Source of the DNA: Chrysomallon squamiferum
Taxonomy: Eukaryota; Animalia; Mollusca
Length of the DNA: 64,000 nucleotides
Assembly: GCA_012295275.1 (NCBI GenBank)
Contig: CM022669.1
Coordinates: 15,748,001 to 15,812,000 of the forward strand
Direction: 5' to 3'
The first letter of the stretch is position 1. Each line of letters begins with the position of its first letter. The translations under genes and the position numbers were made by a program. Below the pieces are notes generated by a model. The model saw only the letters and a program-made list of their open reading frames with translations, did not search any database and was not told where the DNA came from. Positions 42,265 through 52,793 of this stretch are shown in pieces.

Positions 42265-43313
42265 ACACACACAGACACACATAGGGAGAAGCACACAATA
42301 TCAGATGTAGAAATAGACTTTAATCGTTTCGTATTTCCACTAAAAGTTTAAAAATATAAATAAAAAATAAATTAAAAAAAAATATATATATATATATATT
42401 TAAATTAAGGCTTAAGATGATAAAATAAATTAGATTTAAAAGTGTAACATTAAACTAAACGAATGAAAACTATAACCGACGACGAAAGGGGAACTGCACT
42501 TAAGAATAAATTTAAATTTTAACGAAATAATTGGAACAGGTTTATTTGTACCGATTCAGTTTTTGTAACTTTAACTCCAAATCTTCAACTTTGCGGGAGG
42601 TAATTAAAAACAAAAAAAACTATGAAAAGTCAATATAACTGAAACAGATTGACTGTTAATGCTTCCATTAGTTAAATAAAAAAAAAAATATATATTATAG
42701 ATAGTGTGTGGCAGAGACGTTTACTAAAACATGAAATTTCAATACAGGTTTCTACTCTTTTTATATGGAACTTTCTCGAATCATTTAGATTGGAAATAGT
42801 GGATATCAGATGTTGATAAGAAGAAGAAAAAGAAGAAGAGGAAGAAGAAAAGAGAAAGAAGAAGAATACCACCACCAACAGCACTACTACTACTATTACC
42901 ATAGTATTACTACTTCTACCATCTCCACAACAACAACAACAACAACAACAACTACTACTACTACATATAAAACTATTTGGTTACTACTAATACTATTTTT
43001 AATACTATCGCAATTTGTTTGATCATTAATACTTGGACATTTACTGCTACTACTTTAGTTACAACCATTAATATTGGTATTATAACTACGTCGTTGGCGA
43101 TATAGTTACGACAGCCACGACCACGGCAACGATAACGATGATAATGGTAATGATAAAAATTAATGAGAAAGAAGATGAGAATGAATAGCAACAAAAAAAT
43201 TATCCAGGGCTGGCTATATACAGCAGAAACCACATCGTCTGGAGGAATGTGAAATTCTTCATTGTTGCCTTGAACTGGTTCATCTCGACATATAACAAAC
43301 GCTGTGTACTTAC

Positions 43314-43510
43314 CGTTCTGGGGCCTATGTTATCTATGGCACATGTTAAAATGGCCTCTTCGCCTCGATTGGCTGTGACGTTGGGGGTCGTCAACAGGAA
43401 GGCTGGAAGCGGTTGCTTCGTCGACTGGTCGTCGTAGTCGTCGTATTTGTAGTTTTCTCCATAGTCGTAGTCGTCGTTCACGTGGTAGTCATAATCTTTG
43501 ACGTGGAACC
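43314..43510 (-). CDS. Dpr/ZIG-8-like protein, exon 2 (Asp/Tyr-rich segment plus first half of Ig1)
   Basis: Acceptor ttatttatag, donor ACG|GTAAGT, 197 nt (phase 1 to 0). Encodes P.F....PNVTA..GEEAILTC.IDNIG..T, the Ig A-B strands with the first conserved Cys. Confidence 0.92.
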
Positions 43511-43647
43511 CTATAAATAACAAAAATGGCAACAATTTAAAAGAGGAACAGTGTCACTGAAAGAATGCATGATCTTATAATATGCTTCAAAATTCAAATT
43601 AAATAAAAGAAAACGGTTTCAGTTTGTTTCTTTCTTCTTTTTCGATG

Positions 43648-43680
<33 letters not shown>

Positions 43681-45727
43681 ATGAGTATGTGTGTGTGTGT
43701 GTGTGTGTGTGTGTCATAGGTATCATTTTCTTTGTTGAATCGACATAATAAGCTCATCAGAAATAATTATGCACATCAGTTACTAAATATCATCCTTATA
43801 AATCAATTTATAGATAGATATATTAACTGAATAAATTATGACGACTGAATGACTTAGTGTCTGACTCAGTTATCAAATGACTGAATTAATCTGTCAGTAC
43901 ATGAATCAAACGAAAACTGACTGACAGACCTACTAAATTAACCAGAGATATTAATTGTTTTTGGCTCTATTAATTGTGTGACTTTAAATTTTCTTTCATT
44001 CGTATTTTTCCAAGAGAAACATACAGTTCTAACGAGCGAGCAATGAATTAGACATTATTTTCAACGAACAACTGATAGTCTTTTTAATATCCGCCTCTTC
44101 TTTTCTTTTACCAGCTGCTGTGTTGTCAAAAGAAACATCAACATGCCAGCAGAGGAATCTGGGACTAACTGCATTGAAAGCATGGCCCGCTGTCATGTAT
44201 GTAATTGATTCCCAGCGTGACTGCATTGTCAGCACGCAGAAACATTTAACAGAAAGCCGAGTCGCTGCGTGTGAGCTTAATAAAGCAGGGACCTTTTATG
44301 TTGTAGCTTCGGGTCTTTACGTCCTCTTGGATTTCTAATGGCGTCATGATGGTCTCAGAAATGTTTATATATATATAAACATTTATATATATATGCAAGG
44401 GCAAGCTTTCTTTCGGTCGTTAAAGGCTTATGCATTTGGTAGAGAGATGAAGAAGAAGAAAAAAATGGATATCTGTTAAGAATTGTGTAAAACTATGTAA
44501 TAAACTTAACTAGAAATTAGTTTGTGGTAAGATAATATTAGAAGTCCATTCGTTTAAGTAGGTTTCCGATCATATACATAAACAGCTCTGTGAACGAATC
44601 AATTTCGGTTTTTGACACAGAATATTCAGTTGTCAATCGCGATGGTTTGATTACTGAAACTGGTCATTTTAAAAACTGAAAGCAGTAATCACAGACACTT
44701 CTGTAAGATATCTGGCGAGTTGCACGCTGTCTTCACTGCAAGAATATTCTAACTGCAGCTCATCATTGAAATTTTCTTGCTGACCTTAGATCAATGAATC
44801 TTTTTTTTGTTAAAGGTCCGATGAAAGAAAAAATGATATAATTTATTTTTGCAGTATTGTTTAACCGGAATTCATATTATAATAGTCAGACATACGTCAT
44901 AAAAAAACAACAAACAAAAAAAACCAAACAAATATATAAGTGATGGGATCTATTCCTCATACTAGATTAATACCAAGACTAATTGAAAACGTCTCACATT
45001 CACCACAAACAGCCGCCTCTCTTTTTTTTTTTTTTTTTTTTTTGCCCCTATAGTTAATCATGTAACGCAATAAACTACATTTTCAGAATACCATCAAGGT
45101 TCTAGGAATGCATGAGAAGGAAAGATGCGCTTTTCGGAGGCTTGCGCTATTTAGTGTATCAAAACAAACATAAACTACAGACTACTGGTGCTAAATGGTA
45201 GATAATAAAAACAGCGGGAGTGTATGTCACCCTTCATGGACAGAAGCCTCGGGCGATTGTGAACGCGTGAAGCTTTTCTTCAACTGTTTCTGTTGCGGAA
45301 GGGTGCTAAACATTAACCAGCCAACGAGTTGAGTTGGCCTGGGTGTTCCGATGGGCTTTCAGCCACGATTTGATTAATAAGTACAAAAATAAGTTAGAAG
45401 CTATTTATCGACATAAACACGTCAACGGTCAGTAATAACGTTACATAGAGTCTGTGTTATACAAGTGACAACATCACGTTATGTATGTTTGAGGTAAAAG
45501 GTTCAGCTGGTACTGGTGCTGCTGTTACTACTACTACTACTACTCTTGCTACTACTTCTACTACTACTACTTCTACTACTACTACTAATACTACTTCTAC
45601 TTCTACTACTACTTCTACTACTACTACTACTATTACTACTACTACTATAACACTGCTGTTACAACTGCTGCTGCTAGTCCTACCTATAAACTAATTTCAT
45701 ATTTTAATAGTAGTAGTAGTAGTAGTA

Positions 45728-45783
<56 letters not shown>

Positions 45784-46881
45784 ATGATTATGATAATAAT
45801 AACATAGATGAGATGATGATGATAATAATAATAAAGATGATGCAGTGATGATGATGGTAATATTACTAAAAATAAAAGTATCCTATATTGTTATTTTCAG
45901 ATACATTCTTAGCACCTATTTATTCATTCAATTAATTTAAGTTCACGCACGTATTATTTACAGGTTTCGAATAGTTTATGCCTTTGAAAATGAATAACTG
46001 TGATGACTACCAGACGATGCTTCCAGGTAAATAACTCTAACAATTAACGCTTAGTAAACGTTGAAATATACCCCAACGACAAAATGATAGATTTAACTGA
46101 ATAATTAACGTAAAACGTGAAGAAATACTCTTAAACACGTGTTGACTTTTAACTGAGATTCGTACGTTTCTTTCACGAACACGTAATTCTCTTTTGATCG
46201 AAGATCACTTCATTTTCCGGACAACCATTATTTTCTTTATAATATCTCTTTCTTTCTTTTTTTTTTATATTCTTTGTTGTTTCCTTCAAAACCAGTGCAC
46301 TATCGGCAAACACTACCGATTCAAAGAAAAACCTATTATTTGCGTTAAAAAAAAAAAAAAAAAAAAAAAGTAGAGAAAACAATGTCTCGGGGCTTTCCGA
46401 TAATTCCCGGAGCTCCGGCCGTGTTAAGGCGAATATAAACGGTTTATTAGATTCTTTGTCGATCGTTTTTCCCTCGCCAATTTTCCCCGAGCTTGCAGGG
46501 TCTACGCGGTTCTAATGATCAAATTAGTTTGCTGTTAGAAGTATCCCAATTAACTTGTGTGAAAAACACTGTTGTACGCACACGCCGTAGGTCGACGGGT
46601 CGTTAATTCGGTTTCCGTAACGTCGTTCGTCTCCGTCATTAACGGTTAAAGATCAAATTAGAACCGGTCAGCTTAATTGCATACGCAAACATCGAAATGG
46701 TATACGCTTGAAATCTGAAAGGGACGTGATGGGTTGTAAGTGAGCGTTAAGTTGTCAGACGTTGTAGTAAAGCCACAAGACAGTGTGTGTGTGTGTGTGT
46801 GTGTAGTTCGTCTGTAAACTGCCTCGGTGCTGTCGTGATTGATTATACAAATCAATAAAGTGTTCATTGTGTGGCATATAA

Positions 46882-46975
46882 TTACACACAGTATATTTGG
46901 CCGTTTGTCTGTATAGCAGTCTAATCTATCTATCTTTCTGCCTGTCTTCTGTCTGTCTGTCTGTGTGTGTGTTTG

Positions 46976-47015
<40 letters not shown>

Positions 47016-47150
47016 GAGAGAGAGAGAGACACACACACACAAACACATATACGCACACACAGATGGATAGACAGACAGACAGACGACAGAAGACAGGCAG
47101 AAAGATAGACAGATTGATATACAGACAAATGGCCAAATATACTGGTGTAA
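46882..47150. repeat. Long inverted repeat (~80-85-bp arms) in intron 1
   Basis: TTACACACAGTATATTTGGCCGTTTGTCTGTATA...TCTATCTTTCTGCCTGTCTTCTGTC is matched by its near-exact reverse complement ending ...GGCCAAATATACTGGTGTAA at 47150. Confidence 0.9.
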
Positions 47151-47202
47151 AGGATAGATGGACACATACATATGCATACAAACACATAAATAAACATACA
47201 TT

Positions 47203-47268
<66 letters not shown>

Positions 47269-48145
47269 CATAAATAGATGCGTACATATATACATGTATA
47301 CATACATACATAAACAAATACAATCACACACATATATATATACAAACACACACATCCACCCTCCTATACATAACTATTTAACAGGAGCATCAGTTATAGA
47401 AGCACAGGCATTTGGCACTGGTGGCAGGATCAATCCCTTTTAATTCAGAATAACATTATAACTACTGCCTCGCGAATGGTCTTATCATTTTGACTTTGCT
47501 TATGACAAGACATAATTATACAAGATCCCTGTATTAGTTGACTGAAAGAAGCAGGCCATATGAAGCCGTCAGAAGGTTTAGACATGAATCTTGCAAAACA
47601 TACAGAAACAAAAATTAATAAAGAAACAAAAACTGTTCATATAAATTTCCAGTTTTGCAATTTAATAGTTTATACTATTATTATATAGTTTATATTTGTA
47701 CAAATTGTTATTCTTGTTATTAGTTCTAGTAACAGTAATAGTATTGCACTAACAGTAGTAGTTGTAGTTTTGATAGTAGTGGTAGCAGTAGCAGTTGTAA
47801 TAGTAGTTGTACAACTACTGGCACTAGCAGTAGTAACAGTGGTAGTAGTGGTGGTAGCAGTAACAATAAAAGTAGTAAAACTAATAAATTAAAATAATGG
47901 TACTGATAATAATGATGATAATAATAGAATAACAGTATTGGTATTGATTGTAGTAGTAATAGTAATGGTGATGGTAATGATAACAGAAGAGTAGTAAAAA
48001 TAAGTCCTAATAATAATGATAACGATGATCATGATGATAATGATGATAATATAATAATATTAATAGTAGTAGTATTAATTATAGTGGTAGCAGTAGTAGT
48101 TGTAGTACTGGTGGTAGCAGCAGTAATAATAAAAATAGTAAAAAA

Positions 48146-48183
<38 letters not shown>

Positions 48184-48688
48184 CGACAAGTAATAATAAC
48201 TACAAAAAATAATAGAAACAGCAAAAGTAGCTGAAATGTTAATACTAATTATTGTGGAAGCAGCAAATTTATATCAACGACATTATCATCAACATCATCA
48301 ACATTATCATCACCTCCGTCTATTAGCGTGAGACATAACTGTAATAATTATTTATAATTAACATCTTCAATTTCATCACCGTCATCTAACAGCATGACTC
48401 ATGATTTATGGTCATCAATTATTGTCATAAAAGTTAATGAATTCGGGCCAGTATTCTGCCGGCAAAACCTTATTTGGATATTGTAGTTTGACGTTTATTG
48501 CAACACTTGAAGATCAATAGGTAAATTTGAACCTCGATTTAAGTAAACAGTATTCTGTCGGGGAATTGTTGGAGAGGTCACGCTTTTTTTTTTTTCTTCT
48601 TTCGAAACACTCTGTAACCTTCCTCAAGTTCGAGCAAACATATTAAATGTGCAAATAATGATTTAAAGATAAAAGAAATCGAAAAAAA

Positions 48689-48720
<32 letters not shown>

Positions 48721-49340
48721 AAAAAGAGCATTGAGAAAATAAAAGAGAAAACATCCAAGTTGTAAAAAATATCGAAATTCTAGATCCAATGTAGATAAAT
48801 GATTTTTAGTTACAGAAATGGTGAACGTTGTTTCTTCTCTGTTTTTTTATCCATCATCGTTTGGGTTAATTCTTCTGTGCTGATTTTTGTCATGGTTATA
48901 AAAAATGCTGTTTTTTTGGCACCAAATAATATGTTTAACTTTCATTCCCTTGTTTTCAAATTGTTCACGTTTGGTTTTGGTCAATATTTATTTATTTATT
49001 TATTTATTTATTTTTTTTATTTTTTATTTTTTGTTTTTATTCGTTCGTTTATTTGTACGTTTATTTATTTATTTCTTTGTCTGTTTGTTTGTGGTATCGA
49101 GAAAAAAAAAAAGAAATCGATAAGTTAATACCTAGAACTCTGAAGTAAATAAACTACACAACTGCATGCATTTCCAAGCCAAGCAAGAAAGTTAGCATTT
49201 TACAAGTGTTTGTTTTCTGGTTTGATTGAATGGTTTCCTCTTTGGTGTTTGGCTTACGGCATGCCGTAAACAACAAACAGGACATAACCTAAACACCACA
49301 AAAAATGCTCACAACATACCTGTAAAACACCTGTACTCAC

Positions 49341-49422
49341 CTGTAATCACCTGACCAATCCCGACAAATATCACCGATCCAAACAAAGCAGAAATATTCC
49401 AGTTCCAGAAATTTTTCTTCAT
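49341..49422 (-). CDS. Dpr/ZIG-8-like two-Ig protein, coding exon 1 (signal peptide MKKNFWNWNISALFGSVIFVGIGQVIT-G)
   Basis: ATG at 49422 and 82 nt to donor CAG|GTGAGT (49340-49335). Phase 1 matches exon 2. Basic N-terminus plus hydrophobic core is typical of a signal peptide. Confidence 0.8.
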
Positions 49423-49451
49423 TTCTTCAACTTGGTCTTTCGGAAATCCAT
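49419..49451 (-). other. uORF MDFRKTKLKK* whose TGA overlaps the main ATG (ATGA)
   Basis: ATG GAT TTC CGA AAG ACC AAG TTG AAG AAA TGA read directly. The stop shares bases with the ATG at 49422. Confidence 0.6.
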
Positions 49452-49599
49452 TTGTTTCGTAACACTTTAATAGTTGCTTGGGTTCTTTTTGGATGTTTTT
49501 TTTTTCTTCTTTTTTTCTCTCTCTCTCTAACTTTCTCTCTCCGTCTTCCTTTCACTATAATCTGTCTGTCGCTATTAAATCCTCACTGGCAAATTAACG

Positions 49600-50090
49600 T
49601 TGCTCTGAAAGAGAAAGGAAAATAGAGATCTCTCACCGATGCTGTTTTGTGCCATGATTGTAAAACATCCGACAGATATTATTATATCACCCGGAGCACG
49701 CTCCTAGAGCCTTTTGCGAATGATTCTCGCGTGCGGAGAGCAACAGCACGAGAAAGCAGAATAAATAATTTATATATATACGTATATCTGAAAAAAAAAA
49801 AAAAAAAAGGAATCAGTAGGACGGATGAGGACTGAAACTCATTTTTGCACGAGCAGCGGTGATGATGAGACAGCGATAATGGACAGGTCTTCGTCAAATG
49901 CCCCGAGTTTTAATACAGCCGGTAAATCACCTTAGCGTGTGTTATTAGGATTTAGTTGCAATTGGAATAACATTAGGAAAACGTTCTTCAGTCGAGCGGT
50001 GTTCTCTGCCTATCGTCTCAGCAGCCGTCGAGAACGAAAGCGAAGGGTTTCGTGAAGAGCTGCCTGCGTCCTGTCAGTTTAGATTGATTT
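49600..50090 (-). promoter_or_regulatory. Probable promoter/5'UTR region of the Dpr-like gene
   Basis: Complex CpG-containing island just upstream of exon 1, with an Inr-like TCAGTC on the minus strand at 49835-49830. TSS not determinable. Confidence 0.4.
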
Positions 50091-50504
50091 TGATTTTAGG
50101 TGTCTTATTTTTCTCCGTATTGTGTAGTTCAAATTACTTGCATTCATTCGCACAACAAAGAAAAAAGAAAAAGGAAAAAGAAAAAAAAAAAAAAAAGAAA
50201 AGATAGACTATGTCCAATGATTTTTTTTTTTATAGGCTTTTTGAAATATCGATCTTATTTTATTCCATCTGTCTGTCTGTCTGAAAGTCTGTGTAACTAC
50301 GAGCCTGTCTGTGTACGTAATGTAAATCTCTATCATACGCACATACCGATCTATCTTCCAGTCTGTACACGTGTTTGTCTGTCTGTCTGCGTGCCTCCCT
50401 CTATCTCTGTTATCGGTCTGTCTGTCTGTCTATCTATCAATCAATCAAGCTCTCTTTCTCTGTTCCTTTACCTCTCTCTCTATCGATATATATATATATA
50501 TATA

Positions 50505-50508
<4 letters not shown>

Positions 50509-50585
<77 letters not shown>
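50509..50585. repeat. (CT)n microsatellite
   Basis: Perfect tract. Confidence 0.97.
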
Positions 50586-50592
<7 letters not shown>

Positions 50593-51289
50593 CATCTGTC
50601 TATCTCTCTATATATATCAATGTTCTTTCTACCCATCGTTAGTTCTAAATATTTTTTTATTGTTTCTTCCGCGACTGCTATTACAACAACAACAACAAAA
50701 CACTACAATATAAATGAAAAACAATACAAAATAAGTTTATGACCAGTCAGTATTTAACTGTTTAAAAAGAATGATCAAAGAAATCTATCCAAAGATTTAA
50801 TTTTATAGTTTGCGTACATCTGTACTTGTTTTATTTGCATATAACATAATCTCGCAGTTCAAAATGAGTTACTGCAATTCAAACCACAGCATATGTGTTA
50901 TCTCGAATTTCGTAACGAAAATTCCTTATCCTTTTCTTCTTCCCTTTTTTTTTTTATTTTTCAATTTCGTTTCGTTATTTTCATCCGTAAGCAGCAGGTG
51001 CATAAAAGGTTATGTTTTTTTTTTCTTGATGAAATATAATTTAAATTTTGCAAGCTTTTTTTTTATTATTTCGTGATTAAACATTTAACTTAAAAAAATA
51101 ATAATAACAAACTGTTGCTCTAAATGTCATGTTCTTACAAGACAGAAAGATGGGGAAACCACATAGTAAGGCTATCGTCCAACAACTGGACAATGATGTT
51201 TCGATTTTTCATTTCTGGTTCAAGATTCGTGATTCCTATTTTACTAAAACGTTTTTTTTTTTTTTTTTTTAATGCTAATTTTCTTCTTT

Positions 51290-51337
<48 letters not shown>

Positions 51338-52759
51338 TATTTTTTCTTATAATACTTTTTGCTCACTATTTTAATGTTATTTTATATTATGTTTGAGATT
51401 ATTGCTTTATATCAAAATTGATTTTTTTTTTTTCATTATAAATTAAACAATTTTCTTCGACTACCACAACAACAAGAATAATAGTGACACTAATTACTAC
51501 TGGTACTATACCATTACTAATACTGCCACTACAGCAACAACAACTACGACTATTACTACCATTATTATTACTGCTACAACAAGTACTGTTACTACTATTA
51601 TCATCATTATACAGCAACCTCTACTCTATTATTACCATTATTACTACAACAACAACAGCAATTACTACTACTACTACTAGTACTACTAGTACTACTATTA
51701 CAACTACCACTACCACTGCTGCTACAACTATTACTACTTCTATCTATATTAGTACGATTACTACCACTATTACCAGTACAACTGTTACGTCTTTTTCTTT
51801 TAATACTAACACAATTAATATTATTATAAATCACGATTTTTATCAGAGCTATCACGACAGTTACTATTCTTATTATTACTGCGGCTACTACAACGTTTCT
51901 TAGTACTGACGATGTTGTTGTCTTTGTTCGTTTGATATTCTAATTAATGAAAATTGTAAACTATTGTTAATCCATTAAAAGTTATTTTATTTTTACAAGA
52001 CGTTTTTCCATTATTAATAATATTCCTGTATAAATAAATGTTACCCATACTTGTTTTTCTTACTTTTTCGTTTTGTTGTTTCAAACTGATTTATTGTTTT
52101 AGTAGTTTACACTTTCCTGTCGTTTTAAGCACATCAAAACTCGTCGAACACAACCTTGCTTATTTAAAAATCACTTTCTATTTTTAAAGCTTTCTGCTTT
52201 CATCCATTTGACTCTAAGCCCATTGATGAAAAATAACACGTTTTATTTTTGGTGTCTTAATGTTTGTGTGTTGTCTGGAGATGTAACACAAACGGTTATC
52301 AAATGACGAATTCTACAAGACTCCACCAGAAACAAACAAAACAAAAAATTTAAACTTCTTTACCAAAAAAAAAAAAAAAAAAAAAAAAAAAACGTGCCAT
52401 AAAGAGAAAGGGTGTCAAAGAAATCATAAACGAAGTACACACGAAGTGTTCATGAAGCAGAATGCAATTTGCAGCATATGTTATTTTTTCTCTCTCTTTT
52501 CAGAATCTTATGCCGAAACAGCGTCTCTATGTGAACATTCCAAGGAAGCATTTGCAGGATTTTTTTTTTTTTTTTTATTTTTTTTTTCTGCGAATCAAGT
52601 TGATCGTAGGTTAGCCTGTCATCTTGTAGTTCTGCAATGACACAATGTCAGAGAACTGAACTACAGAAAAGGGTCTTTCGTTTTTTTTTTTTTCTTTTTT
52701 TTTTTCTTTTTTTTCTTTTTTTTTTTCTTGTTATTGTACCAAATAAACCAGTTAGTTTT

Positions 52760-52793
<34 letters not shown>

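Noticed and set aside
49830-50080. Divergent promoter suggested by opposite-strand Inr-like hexamers
   Set aside because: 6-mers occur frequently by chance, and no plus-strand exon was found downstream.
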